A DNA stretch of 64,000 nucleotides, taken from an uncultured Burkholderiales bacterium (lineage in GTDB: Bacteria > Pseudomonadota > Gammaproteobacteria > Burkholderiales > Burkholderiaceae_C). Below, one piece after another: positions 26,321-36,553 of the stretch (position 1 is its first letter; each line of letters starts with the position of its first letter). Position numbers and translations under genes: made by a program. The stretch lies in assembly GCA_903953985.1 (NCBI GenBank), contig CAJBLW010000298.1:32514-96513 (forward strand), in the 5' to 3' direction. The notes below the pieces were generated by a model. It searched no databases and was not told the DNA's origin. It worked only from the letters and a program-made list of their open reading frames with translations.

Positions 26321-28209
26321 CCCTGAAGATCAACGACCGCGAGATCGGCGCGGGCCGCACCTACGTCATCGCCGAGATCGGCAACAACCACAACGGGAGC
26401 TTCGACCGGGCGATCGACATGGTCGATCGCGCCATCGCGGCGGGCGCGGATTGCGCCAAGTTCCAGATGCGCCACCTCGACGAGGTCTACCGCAAGCGCA
26501 GCTTGGGCAAAGATGGCGAGGACCTGGGCACCGAGTACATCGTCGACCTGCTACACCGCTTCGAACTGGGCGTGGAGCAGCACCGCAAGTTGTTCGACTA
26601 CTGTCGCCAGCGGGGCGTGGAGTACATGTGTACGCCTTGGGACGCGCGCAGCGTTGCGGTGCTGGAGGACTTCGGCGTGCGCGCCTACAAGGTGGCCTCC
26701 GCCGACCTCACTAACCTGCCGCTGCTGGAGGTCTTGGCCCGCACCGCTAAGCCGCTGATCCTGTCCACAGGCATGAGCCTGGCCGAGGAGGTGCTCGCCA
26801 CCGTCGATTTCCTGGACGCGCGGTCGGTGGCGTACGCGCTCCTGCACTGCAACAGCACCTACCCGGCGCCGCTGCACGACATCAACCTGCGCTGGATGGC
26901 CGAACTGCGCAAGATCCATCCGCTGGTGGGTTATTCGGGCCACGAGCGCGGCATCAACGTGTCGCTGGCGGCGGTGGCGCTGGGGGGCTGCATCATCGAG
27001 CGGCACTTCACGCTCGACCGCCTGATGGAGGGCCCTGACCACGCCGCCAGCCTGACCGAGACCGAATTCCGCGCTATGGTTGAGGGCATCCGCGAGATCG
27101 AGCTCGCGCTGGGCAACGGCGAAGCGCGCAAGCTGTCGCAGGGTGAGATGATCAACCGCGAGAACCTCGGCAAGAGCCTAGTGGCGGCGCGTCCGCTGAA
27201 AGCCGGCACCGTGCTGCGAGCGGAAGACATCAAGATCCGCAGCCCAGGCCAGGGACTGTCGCCGCAGAAGCTGCCCCAGCTGCTGGGCCGCATTCTGGCG
27301 CGCGACCTGCGCGACGAGGATTTCTTCTATCCGTCGGACCTAGCGGACACGCGCGTAGAGCCGCGCAACTATCGCTTCGGGCGCCCCTGGGGCGTGCCGG
27401 TGCGCTACCACGACTTCCAGGAATACGCGGCGCGAATTTCCCCGAACCTGTGGGAGTTTCACCTCTCGTACTCCGACATGGACTTGGATCCGAGCGACTA
27501 CCTGCGCGGCACCTACGCGGCCGGCTTCGTGGTGCACGCGCCGGAACTGTTCTCCGGCAGCCGGCTGATGGACCTGGCCACGCCGGACGAGGCCTACCGC
27601 AAGGATTCGATTCGCGAGACGCAGCGCGTGATCGACATCACCCGCGCCCTCCGGAAGTTCTTCCCCGGCGAGGCTCGGCCTATGATCGTCGCCAACGTGG
27701 GCGGTTTCACCATGGACGAACCGCTGCCGGCCGCCGCAATCCAGGGCTACTACGAGCGCTTCGCCGCCAGCCTGCAGGAGCTGGACCTGCAAGGTGTGGA
27801 GCTGATCCCGCAGACGATGGCGCCGTTTCCCTGGCACTTCGGCGGCCAGCGCTACCAGAACATCTTCGTCAAGGCCGGCGAGATCGTCGAATGGTGCCGG
27901 CGCCTTGGCCTGCGAATGTGCTTCGACGTCTCCCACAGCCGGCTAACCTGCAACCACCTGGACGTGGACTTCTACGACTTCGCCTCGCAGGTGGCGCCGG
28001 TCACCGCGCACCTGCACCTGGGCGACGCGAAGGACCTGAACGGCGAGGGCCTGCAGGTCGGCGAGGGCGACATCGACTTTGACCGCCTAGGCGCCATCCT
28101 GCAGGCTGGTTGCCCGCGGGCCTCCTTCATCCCGGAGATCTGGCAGGGCCACAAGAATGGCGGAGAAGGCTTCTGGATCGCGCTGGAGCGCCTGGAGGGC
28201 AAGCTGTGA
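26317..28209 (+). CDS. neuB: NeuB-family ulosonate synthase + SAF + C-terminal xylose-isomerase-like TIM barrel
   Basis: IAEIGNNHNG, ILSTGMS, LHCNSTYP, GYSGHE, ERHFTLD; C-term HAPE, CFDVSHS, HLHLGDA, PEIWQGH. Confidence 0.88.
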   Translation: MTLKINDREIGAGRTYVIAEIGNNHNGSFDRAIDMVDRAIAAGADCAKFQMRHLDEVYRKRSLGKDGEDLGTEYIVDLLHRFELGVEQHRKLFDYCRQRGVEYMCTPWDARSVAVLEDFGVRAYKVASADLTNLPLLEVLARTAKPLILSTGMSLAEEVLATVDFLDARSVAYALLHCNSTYPAPLHDINLRWMAELRKIHPLVGYSGHERGINVSLAAVALGGCIIERHFTLDRLMEGPDHAASLTETEFRAMVEGIREIELALGNGEARKLSQGEMINRENLGKSLVAARPLKAGTVLRAEDIKIRSPGQGLSPQKLPQLLGRILARDLRDEDFFYPSDLADTRVEPRNYRFGRPWGVPVRYHDFQEYAARISPNLWEFHLSYSDMDLDPSDYLRGTYAAGFVVHAPELFSGSRLMDLATPDEAYRKDSIRETQRVIDITRALRKFFPGEARPMIVANVGGFTMDEPLPAAAIQGYYERFAASLQELDLQGVELIPQTMAPFPWHFGGQRYQNIFVKAGEIVEWCRRLGLRMCFDVSHSRLTCNHLDVDFYDFASQVAPVTAHLHLGDAKDLNGEGLQVGEGDIDFDRLGAILQAGCPRASFIPEIWQGHKNGGEGFWIALERLEGKL

Positions 28210-28820
28210 ACGCGGACCACCTCTCGACCCTGATCGCCCGCGAGATCGAGGACTCGATCGCCGCCAAGCAGAAGCTGCTGCAGGACGTCGGCCTCGTCGC
28301 GCAGCTGGCGCGGCTGGCGCAGGACTGCCACGCCAGCCTCAAGGGCGGCGGCAAGATCATCTTCGCCGGCAACGGCGGCAGCTTCGCGGACGCGCAGCAC
28401 CTGTCGGCCGAGTTCGTGTCGCGCTTCAAGTTCGACCGCGCGCCGCTGGCGTCGCTAGCGCTGGCCACCAACAGCTCCGCGATAAGCGCTGTCGGCAACG
28501 ACTACGGCTACGACCAAGTCTTCTCGCGCGAGCTGGAAGCCGTGGCCCGCCCGAGCGACGTGTTCATCCCGATCACGACCAGCGGCAACAGCCCGAACGT
28601 ATTGAAGGCGATCGAGGTCGCCCGCCGGCTGGAGTTGCGCACCGCCTGCCTGACCGGCGAAACCGGCGGCGTGGCAGAGGAACTGTGCGAGTGCCTGCAT
28701 ATGCCTTCACGCGATACCGCCCGCATACAGGAGTGCCACATCCTCGTGGGCCACATTCTCTGCGGCCTGGTGGAGGCCATGTGCTTCAAGGCGCCGCAGG
28801 CCGCGGGAGACGTGCGGTGA
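28206..28820 (+). CDS. gmhA: Sedoheptulose-7-phosphate isomerase
   Basis: GNGGSFADAQH, GNDYGYDQVFSR, TTSGNSPN, ARIQECHI. Confidence 0.92.
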   Translation: MNADHLSTLIAREIEDSIAAKQKLLQDVGLVAQLARLAQDCHASLKGGGKIIFAGNGGSFADAQHLSAEFVSRFKFDRAPLASLALATNSSAISAVGNDYGYDQVFSRELEAVARPSDVFIPITTSGNSPNVLKAIEVARRLELRTACLTGETGGVAEELCECLHMPSRDTARIQECHILVGHILCGLVEAMCFKAPQAAGDVR

Positions 28821-29512
28821 GCGATACCGTTGCCATCATCCCGGCGCGCGGCGGCTCCAAGGGTATCCCGCGCAAGAACTTGGTGGACGTCTGCGGCAAG
28901 CCGCTCATCGCCTGGTCGATCCTGCAGGCCCGCCATGCGCGCCACATCGACTCGGTGTGGGTGACCTCAGACGACGATGAGATCCTTGCGGTGGCCGAGT
29001 CCTTTGGGGCCCGGCCGATCCGCCGCCCGGCCGAAATCTCCGGTGACCAGGCCAGCTCCGAATCGGCTTGGCTGCATGCGCTGGACGCGATCGAGGGGCA
29101 GGGCGTCGCCGTCGACCTGGTCGTGGCCATGCAGGCGACGTCGCCCATCCGCGAATCGTCGGACCTCGATGGCGGACTGCAGACCCTGCGCGAGCAGAGC
29201 TACGACTCGCTGCTGTCGGTGGCGGAGGTGGAAGACTTCTTCACCTGGCGCATCGGCGCCGACGGCGGCGCCGAGTCGGTGAATTACGACTACCGCAACC
29301 GCAAACGCCGCCAGCAGATTGAGAAGCGCTACCTGGAGAACGGCTCCTTCTACGTGTTCCGCCCGCAGCAGCTGCGGCGCGACAACAACCGGCTGGGCGG
29401 CCGCATCGGCCTGTTCGTGATGGGACGGCACAAGATGTTCCAGATCGACAATCCCGAGGACATCGAGCTGTGCGCGGCCGTGATGCGCGGCTTTGGGCTG
29501 GACCGGGCATGA
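28817..29512 (+). CDS. neuA: Acylneuraminate cytidylyltransferase (CMP-ulosonate synthetase)
   Basis: IPARGGSKGIPRKN, QATSPIR, YLENGSFY, QID..ED. Confidence 0.9.
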   Translation: MSDTVAIIPARGGSKGIPRKNLVDVCGKPLIAWSILQARHARHIDSVWVTSDDDEILAVAESFGARPIRRPAEISGDQASSESAWLHALDAIEGQGVAVDLVVAMQATSPIRESSDLDGGLQTLREQSYDSLLSVAEVEDFFTWRIGADGGAESVNYDYRNRKRRQQIEKRYLENGSFYVFRPQQLRRDNNRLGGRIGLFVMGRHKMFQIDNPEDIELCAAVMRGFGLDRA

Positions 29513-30261
29513 GCGCGCCGACCGACCTGTTCCGACTAGACGGCCGCGTGGCTATCGTCACCGGCGCCTCGCGCGGGATCGGCAACGCTGTCGCGCTGGG
29601 TCTCGCCAGCGCGGGCGCCACCGTGTTTGGTCTTGGGCGCTCGCCTGCAGCGCAAGGCGACGCGATAGATTTCCTGTATAGGACTTGCGACGTAACTGAC
29701 AGTGCGGCCTTCGGCAAGTTGGTCAAGGAGATCTTCGACGGGCAAGGGCGGATCGACATCTTGGTGAACGCGGCCGGCATTACGCTACCCGCACAGACGG
29801 CGGAAGACCCGTCGTCGGCGTTTCGTCAGACACTGGCCTGTAACCTCACAGCAGTGTTCGACTGTTGCCGCGCAGTGCTGCCTTTTATGCAGCGTAGTGG
29901 CTACGGCTCCATCATCAATGTCACCAGTATTGGCGCAGCGCTTGGCTTCCCAGGTAACCCTGGCTACGTTGCCTCCAAGGGAGGCCTAGCGGCGTTGACA
30001 CGTTCATTCGCGCTTGACCACGGCACGCAAGGTATTCGCGTGAACAACTTGGTACCCGGCTATGTTCGCACAGCGATGACGCAGGCCAGCCATGCGGATC
30101 CCGTGCGCCGGGAAGCCCGCGCCGCACGCACCATGCTCGGTCGCTGGGGAGAGCCGGATGAGCTTGCAGGTGCTGCGATCTTCCTGGCTTCGCCAGCCAG
30201 TAGCTACGTGACGGGAACTGATTTGTATGTCGACGGCGGCTGGGCCGCGAAAGGACTTTGA
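29509..30261 (+). CDS. SDR oxidoreductase
   Basis: TGASRGIG, NAAG, YVASK, VDGG. Confidence 0.9.
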   Translation: MSAPTDLFRLDGRVAIVTGASRGIGNAVALGLASAGATVFGLGRSPAAQGDAIDFLYRTCDVTDSAAFGKLVKEIFDGQGRIDILVNAAGITLPAQTAEDPSSAFRQTLACNLTAVFDCCRAVLPFMQRSGYGSIINVTSIGAALGFPGNPGYVASKGGLAALTRSFALDHGTQGIRVNNLVPGYVRTAMTQASHADPVRREARAARTMLGRWGEPDELAGAAIFLASPASSYVTGTDLYVDGGWAAKGL

Positions 30262-31094
30262 TGGAAATCGGATTCATGCAGGGCCGACTGTGCGACCGCA
30301 TCGACGGAAAGATCCAGGCCTTTCCTTGGCGCGACTGGGAAGCCGAGTTCCCGTCGGCGCAGGCGCACGGCCTCGGTCTGTTGGAATGGACGCTGGACCA
30401 AGAGCGCCTGCACGAGAACCCGCTGATGACGGCAGCTGGCCAGGCCCGCATCCGGGAACTCTCGGCTCGCCACGGGGTACGCGTGCTGTCGCTCACTGGC
30501 GACTGCTTCATGCAGGCGCCGTTCTACAAGGTGGAGGGCGCCGCGCGCGAGGCCCTGCTCGCGGACCTGTGGGCCATTCTCGATGCCTCAGAACAGGTCG
30601 GCATCCGCTACGTGCTCATTCCGCTGGTGGACAATGGCTCGTTACAAACAACGGAACACGAGCGCACGTTGCTGGAAGGCGTGTTGCCGCTGCGGCAACG
30701 ACTTGTTAGCGCCGGCATGAAGATCGTCTTCGAGTCCGACTTCGGACCGGCGAGGCTGGCGGAGTTCATCGATCGCTTGCCGCGGGACGCCTTCGGCATC
30801 AACTACGACATCGGCAACAGTGCTGCGCTGGGCTTCTCGCCCGCCGAGGAAGTCGGCAGCTACGGCCACCGCATCGACAACGTGCACGTTAAGGACCGCA
30901 AGCTGCATGGCACGACAGTCCCGCTGGGAACGGGCAATGCGGATTTCCCGACGGTGTTTGGAGCTCTCCGCAAGGCCAGCTATGCCGGTCATTTCATCCT
31001 GCAGACTGCCCGCGCCGACGACAACGACCACGCGGGCGCGCTCGCACGCTACCGCGACATGACGCGCGCTTGGTGGAAGCAAAGTGGATCTTGA
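30261..31094 (+). CDS. Sugar-phosphate isomerase/3-epimerase (xylose-isomerase-like TIM barrel)
   Basis: IGFMQGRL, FESD, INYDIGN, VHVKD, VPLGTG. Confidence 0.82.
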   Translation: MEIGFMQGRLCDRIDGKIQAFPWRDWEAEFPSAQAHGLGLLEWTLDQERLHENPLMTAAGQARIRELSARHGVRVLSLTGDCFMQAPFYKVEGAAREALLADLWAILDASEQVGIRYVLIPLVDNGSLQTTEHERTLLEGVLPLRQRLVSAGMKIVFESDFGPARLAEFIDRLPRDAFGINYDIGNSAALGFSPAEEVGSYGHRIDNVHVKDRKLHGTTVPLGTGNADFPTVFGALRKASYAGHFILQTARADDNDHAGALARYRDMTRAWWKQSGS

Positions 31095-31836
31095 ACTCGC
31101 CGGTAAGGTAGCCCTAGTAACCGGCTCGTCGGCCGGCATCGGTCTGGGCATCGCTCGCATACTGGCGGCCGAAGGCGCCACGGTCGTCCTGAACGGGCGG
31201 GACGCGGGGCGCATGGAGCTGGCGCGGGATGCGCTGCCAGATGCATCTGCCTTCGTCGCCGATGTGCGCGACCCGGCCGAGTGCCAGCGCCTGGTGCGTG
31301 AGGTGCTGCAGCGCCATGGCCGCCTGGACGTTTTGGTGTGCAACGTGGGCAGCGGCGTGTCGGTGCCGCCCGGCCAGGAGACGCCCGAGGAATGGCGTCG
31401 CGTGCTGGATATAAACCTGCATGCGAGCACCCAGATGGTGTGGGCTGCGACCGAGGCGCTCGCAGCTGCCGGAGGCAACGCGGTCTGCATCTCCTCCATC
31501 TGTGGTCTGGAGGCGTTGGGTTGCCCGGTGCCCTATGCGGCGGCCAAGGCTGCCCTGGAGAGCTATGTGCGCAATGCGGCGCGGCCGCTGGGTAAGCGCG
31601 GCGTCCGCATCAACAGCGTCGCACCTGGCAACATTCTTTTTCCCGGTTCCACCTGGGAGTGCAAGCTAGCTGCCGACGCAGCCGGTGTGAACGCGATGCT
31701 GCAGCGCGAAGTAGCACTGGAGTCCCTGGGCCGGCCCGAAGATGTGGCTCGGCTCGTCGCCTATCTTGCATCTCCTGTGGCGTCTTTCATTACTGGCGCC
31801 ACCTACGTAGTCGATGGTGGACAGATCCGATCATGA
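31084..31836 (+). CDS. SDR oxidoreductase
   Basis: TGSSAGIG, YAAAK, NSVAPG, VDGG. Confidence 0.9.
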   Translation: MDLELAGKVALVTGSSAGIGLGIARILAAEGATVVLNGRDAGRMELARDALPDASAFVADVRDPAECQRLVREVLQRHGRLDVLVCNVGSGVSVPPGQETPEEWRRVLDINLHASTQMVWAATEALAAAGGNAVCISSICGLEALGCPVPYAAAKAALESYVRNAARPLGKRGVRINSVAPGNILFPGSTWECKLAADAAGVNAMLQREVALESLGRPEDVARLVAYLASPVASFITGATYVVDGGQIRS

Positions 31837-32678
31837 ATCAAAGCACACTTCAGCTTCCAAAATCTTTCGATCTAAGTGGTCGTGTTGCTCTCATTACGGG
31901 TGGCTCCGGGCTGCTCGGCTCGCAGCACGCGCGGGCCCTGGCAGAAATCGGTGCTAACGTAGTGATCGCAGACATCGACGTGGAGCGCGCCGAGGCCGAA
32001 GTGGCGCAGGTTCGCGCCGAGTTTCCGCGAGTTCAAGCGATGGCTTTGAGGCTGGATGTGACCAGCCAGGCTTCTGTGGTCGCCGGCCTTGACACCGTGT
32101 TGCAGACTCTTGGTGGAATCCATGTCCTGGTGAACAACGCTGCGGTCGATCCTAAAGTCCGCGCAGACAGTGTGGTAGAGACATCCCGTCTCGAGAACTT
32201 TTCTCTTGAACAGTGGAACTTCCAGCTGGGGGTTGGGCTGACGGGGGCTTTCCTGTGTGCACAGACTTTCGGCGGCTGGATGGCAGCGAACGGCGGCGGC
32301 ACAATCCTGAACATCGCCTCCGACTTGGCGGTTTTTGCGCCCGACCAGCGACTCTACAGCAAACTTGGTTTGCCTGAAGACCGGCAGCCAGTCAAGCCAG
32401 TTACCTATCCGGTGGTGAAGACAGCCCTGCTTGGGTTGACCCGCTACTTGGCTACCTACTGGCACGAAGCCGGGATTCGCTGCAACGCGCTGTCTCCTGG
32501 TGGAGTATTCAATGGCCAGGGGGAAGAGTTCGTTGCCCGTCTCTCACAGCTGATCCCTCTCGGTCGGATGGCCCGCGCTGACGAGTACCGGGCCGCGGTC
32601 CAGTTCCTCTGCTCTGATGCCTCTAGCTATATGACGGGCCAAAATGTAGTGATGGATGGGGGGCGTAGTACTTGGTAG
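31833..32678 (+). CDS. SDR oxidoreductase (PtmA-like)
   Basis: TGGSGLLG, NNAA, APDQRLY, YPVVK, LSPGG. Confidence 0.88.
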   Translation: MNQSTLQLPKSFDLSGRVALITGGSGLLGSQHARALAEIGANVVIADIDVERAEAEVAQVRAEFPRVQAMALRLDVTSQASVVAGLDTVLQTLGGIHVLVNNAAVDPKVRADSVVETSRLENFSLEQWNFQLGVGLTGAFLCAQTFGGWMAANGGGTILNIASDLAVFAPDQRLYSKLGLPEDRQPVKPVTYPVVKTALLGLTRYLATYWHEAGIRCNALSPGGVFNGQGEEFVARLSQLIPLGRMARADEYRAAVQFLCSDASSYMTGQNVVMDGGRSTW

Positions 32679-32844
32679 CAAAAAGGCTAATTGAAATAGA
32701 CATGCGGCTGACTATGAAATTGCAGCAGCTTCGACTGTTTAGATTTCCGGCTACCAAATGTGTTCTCCATAAGAAGATGCCACCACAACCAATGGATCTA
32801 GCAGCGTCTAATTCAAGAAGCAGTGACTTGTTTAACATAAACGG

Positions 32845-34377
32845 ATGCAAGTCATGATTAGACTGATAAGAAACATCTATATAAATATAAGCGCATTTTC
32901 AATAAACACTGCAATAGGCTTGGCGGCCATATCAATAATAATTGATGCTTATGGTTTAGAAGGTTACGGCATTCTTGTTTTGGCGCGGCAACTGCTTCCG
33001 ATAGGTATAGTTGGTTTTTTTCTAGCGGGCCTACCAGAAGCCACATCGCGCTATGTGGCAAGCTCGATTGCAGAGGCTAATGCCCACATAGCTGAGAGTA
33101 TGGTGAAGATCGCTCTTCTCTGTGCGATAGCGATCGGAATAGTGGTTCTTGTTCTTATATCTACTCTCGCATCTTCAATAGTCACGACTTTTGCAATTCA
33201 AGAAAAAGATATTGAGTCATTTAAGCTAATAATATATTTAACTGCTATATCACTCCCTCTTCATTTTGCTGGCGACATACTTCGAGGGGCGCTTGAGGGC
33301 TTGGGGCGTTTCGGTGTGGTAAGAACGGTGGAGGTGTTTGGCAATTTAGTGTTTCTAGTGACTGTAATTGTTATGCCGGCGCTTGATTTCGGAATGACGG
33401 AAGTAATAATTAGCTTTGTAATAATTGGAAATGCTCGATCCATATTGTATTTTTTCTTGGCTGGTTCAAAATTTCACTTTTCTTTATCGATAGGAAAAGC
33501 AGAATTTAGTGACGCAAAGCCGTTGTTGCAGCACGCAATGGCCTTTTTTACATCAAAACTATATGGCGCAGCGCTTAACCACGCGCCAACGGTAATTGTC
33601 ACATATTTGACATCGAATACTCTGTCAGCAGGGGCGCTAGATGTAGTAATGAAAATTCCTCGACTAATAAAAACCGGGTGTGGAATGTTCGGCAATGTAT
33701 TGCTTCCATATTCTGCAAAGGCTGACGCCTTAGGTAACGACTTATCGATATCCCGTGTTATTAGATCGGGAACGATGGCTCTAGTTGCGATGACAACCCC
33801 CCTGATTTTTATTATAGGAATTTTTAACAAAGAATTAATTAATAATTGGATTGGCGCCGAATATATTGATATTGAAATATGGTTCGCATACGCGCTTTTT
33901 TACCCAGTCTTGATTTCAACTGTCAGCATTGGAAATGCTATGCTTGCGGCGAGGCGAAGTGCCGTGGCTCGATTAAACAGGATTGCGTTTTTTCAGGTGT
34001 TAGTATTTTACTTCTCCGTGGCTGCCCTTAATGGTGCTTTTGGATGGAAGGCATTTATTATAGCCACTCTTGTAGCAACTCTGGTATCAGTGGTTTTGCA
34101 GCATCTAATTATTAAGCGCGAATACAATATAATCTACAAAGACTATTATAGATACCTGTTTCGTGGGCTTTCTGTTTTTGCAATGATTTTGTGTATGAAA
34201 ATTTTGTTGGTTTCAATATTCAACTCAGAATCGGTTGTAAGTAGCCTGGTAATTTTTCTGCTTTGTACTTTCGCAATGTATTTTGCAGTTTACTCCATTG
34301 TTTTGAGATTTGAAGACCGCTTGGTTCTAAATAATCTAATGACTCAGATTCCCCTGCTTAAACGACGGAATGGTTAA
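32845..34377 (+). CDS. wzx: Oligosaccharide flippase (Wzx/MOP family)
   Basis: ~510 aa, many TM segments, YG..GYG motif near the N-terminus, AT-rich. Confidence 0.78.
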   Translation: MQVMIRLIRNIYINISAFSINTAIGLAAISIIIDAYGLEGYGILVLARQLLPIGIVGFFLAGLPEATSRYVASSIAEANAHIAESMVKIALLCAIAIGIVVLVLISTLASSIVTTFAIQEKDIESFKLIIYLTAISLPLHFAGDILRGALEGLGRFGVVRTVEVFGNLVFLVTVIVMPALDFGMTEVIISFVIIGNARSILYFFLAGSKFHFSLSIGKAEFSDAKPLLQHAMAFFTSKLYGAALNHAPTVIVTYLTSNTLSAGALDVVMKIPRLIKTGCGMFGNVLLPYSAKADALGNDLSISRVIRSGTMALVAMTTPLIFIIGIFNKELINNWIGAEYIDIEIWFAYALFYPVLISTVSIGNAMLAARRSAVARLNRIAFFQVLVFYFSVAALNGAFGWKAFIIATLVATLVSVVLQHLIIKREYNIIYKDYYRYLFRGLSVFAMILCMKILLVSIFNSESVVSSLVIFLLCTFAMYFAVYSIVLRFEDRLVLNNLMTQIPLLKRRNG

Positions 34378-34388
34378 GGATATCCCCT

Positions 34389-35387
34389 ATGTTGAAAAAT
34401 TCTAGTATTTTGGTTACAGGAGGTACTGGTTCATTCGGCCATGCATTCGTCAAAATGACATTGGATAAATTTGATCCAAAACGAATAATTATATACTCAC
34501 GAGACGAAATGAAGCAATGGGAGATGGCCAAGTTGTACCAGGAGGACAAGCGTGTGCGTTTCTTCATTGGAGACATTAGAGATAAAGAGCGGCTACATCG
34601 CGCACTCGCAGGCGTAGAGTTTGTAGTTCATGCTGCAGCAACTAAGATTGTGCCAACAGCGGAATACAATCCATTTGAGTGCGTAAAAACGAATGTAAAT
34701 GGAGCAATGAATCTTATCGACGCCTGCATTGACCAAGGCGTGCACCGTGTAGTTGCATTGTCGACAGATAAGGCAAGTAGTCCTTCAAATTTGTATGGGG
34801 CGACAAAACTTGTTTCCGACAAGCTTTTTATCGCTGGAAATTCCTACAGTGGTGATCATGGAACAAAATTTTCAGTTGTTCGTTACGGAAACGTGATGGG
34901 CTCTCGTGGATCAGTCATTCCATTTTTTATGTCCATAGCTAAAACTGGCGTTCTGCCAATAACAGATGACCGCATGACACGGTTTATGATCACTTTAGAG
35001 CAAGGGGTTGAATTGGTCTGGAAGGCCTTTGATGACATGATTGGTGGAGAAATCTATGTAAAAAAAATTCCTTCAATGACAGTAGTAGATATAGCGCGCG
35101 CTGTAGATCCTAATGCTCAGCATAAAATAGTTGGAAAGAGGCCTGGCGAGAAACTTCATGAGCAGATGATCGGTGTCGAAGATGCTTGTTTTACGCTTGA
35201 ATATGGAGATTATTTTAAGATACTTCCATCAATTAACAAATGGAATGAGGATCCGCGTCGTTTAAGTGGTGGTGTGCGCGTTCCTGAGAACTTCGTTTAT
35301 TCCTCTGATTCGAACGATGATTGGATGACGGTAAGTGACTTAAAAAACTGGATATCAAGTAATGGCGATAAAGTGGGAAAGCTGTGA
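34389..35387 (+). CDS. pseB: UDP-GlcNAc 4,6-dehydratase (inverting)
   Basis: TGGTGSFG, SRDEMKQ, LSTDKA, YGATK, RYGNVMGSRGSV. Confidence 0.93.
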   Translation: MLKNSSILVTGGTGSFGHAFVKMTLDKFDPKRIIIYSRDEMKQWEMAKLYQEDKRVRFFIGDIRDKERLHRALAGVEFVVHAAATKIVPTAEYNPFECVKTNVNGAMNLIDACIDQGVHRVVALSTDKASSPSNLYGATKLVSDKLFIAGNSYSGDHGTKFSVVRYGNVMGSRGSVIPFFMSIAKTGVLPITDDRMTRFMITLEQGVELVWKAFDDMIGGEIYVKKIPSMTVVDIARAVDPNAQHKIVGKRPGEKLHEQMIGVEDACFTLEYGDYFKILPSINKWNEDPRRLSGGVRVPENFVYSSDSNDDWMTVSDLKNWISSNGDKVGKL

Positions 35388-36553
35388 TGATTTCTATACC
35401 ATATGGACGCCAGGATATATCAGATGAAGATATTAATGCTGTAGTAGATGTTCTTCGCTCGAATTATTTAACCCAAGGGCCTCTTGTTGGTAGTTTTGAG
35501 ACAGCTGTTTCGACTAGTTGTGGCGCTAATCATGCGGTCGCCTTCAACAGCGCCACTTCCGCACTACATGCTGCTTGTCTTGCACTTGGACTAAAAGAAG
35601 GCGATACGCTCTGGACCTCTCCGAACACATTTGTTGCCTCAGCTAATTGCGGCTTGTATTGTGGTGCAAATGTTGACTTTGTTGACATCGATCCGAGGAC
35701 ATGGAATATATGCGTTGCCGCCCTCGAGCTAAAATTGATCGAGGCAAAGCGCTCAGGAGTGATTCCGAAGATCGTTGTGCCTGTGCATTTTGCAGGGCAG
35801 CCGACTGAGCAGGAGAAAATTTACGAGCTGTCGCGACAATATGGTTTCAAGATACTAGAGGATGCATCACATAGTATCGGTAGTTCGCGGAATGGTGAAT
35901 CAATTGGTAATTGCCGCTGGTCGGATATCACCATATTTAGTTTTCATCCCGTTAAAATTCTTACCACAGGCGAAGGTGGTATGGCTCTTTGTAACGATCA
36001 GGCGCTTGCTGAACACATGCGTTTGTTATGCTCGCACGGCATCACCAGAGAAGCTAAACTGATGAGATCTCCGGATCCTGCTCCTTGGCAATACGAGCAG
36101 CAGATGCTGGGATTTAATTATCGGATGACTGATATTCAGGCGGCTCTTGGGCTAAGCCAGCTAACGCGGCTGAAAACTTTTGTGGAAAGACGTAACAATT
36201 TAGCCCATCAATACATACAGGCGCTTGTTGATCTGCCATTACAGTTGCCTGTGACGCTATCGGGAAACTATTCGGCTTACCATCTTTTCGTGGTCCGAAT
36301 AAAACAAGCTGCTCTTGCAAAAAATCATAGAGAGATTTTCCAAGAGCTACGCCACCGAGGGATTGGTGTGAACCTACACTACATGCCTGTATATTTACAG
36401 CCGTATTACCGCGAGCTTGGTTTTGCGCCAGGACTTTGTCCCGAAGCCGAGCGCTATGCCAATGAGGCGATCACATTGCCACTGTACCCCGGTTTAACCA
36501 ATGAACAGTTACTTCGGGTGACGCAAACGCTGCGCGAGGTGTTGACTCAATGA
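35384..36553 (+). CDS. pseC: UDP-4-amino-4,6-dideoxy-N-acetyl-altrosamine transaminase
   Basis: IPYGRQ, LTQGP, FSFHPVK..TTGEGG, GFNYRMTD. Confidence 0.9.
   Translation: MMISIPYGRQDISDEDINAVVDVLRSNYLTQGPLVGSFETAVSTSCGANHAVAFNSATSALHAACLALGLKEGDTLWTSPNTFVASANCGLYCGANVDFVDIDPRTWNICVAALELKLIEAKRSGVIPKIVVPVHFAGQPTEQEKIYELSRQYGFKILEDASHSIGSSRNGESIGNCRWSDITIFSFHPVKILTTGEGGMALCNDQALAEHMRLLCSHGITREAKLMRSPDPAPWQYEQQMLGFNYRMTDIQAALGLSQLTRLKTFVERRNNLAHQYIQALVDLPLQLPVTLSGNYSAYHLFVVRIKQAALAKNHREIFQELRHRGIGVNLHYMPVYLQPYYRELGFAPGLCPEAERYANEAITLPLYPGLTNEQLLRVTQTLREVLTQ

Noticed and set aside
32672-32857. 61 aa ORF between SDR and wzx
   Set aside because: No motif or RBS; lies in an AT-rich junction, probably non-coding
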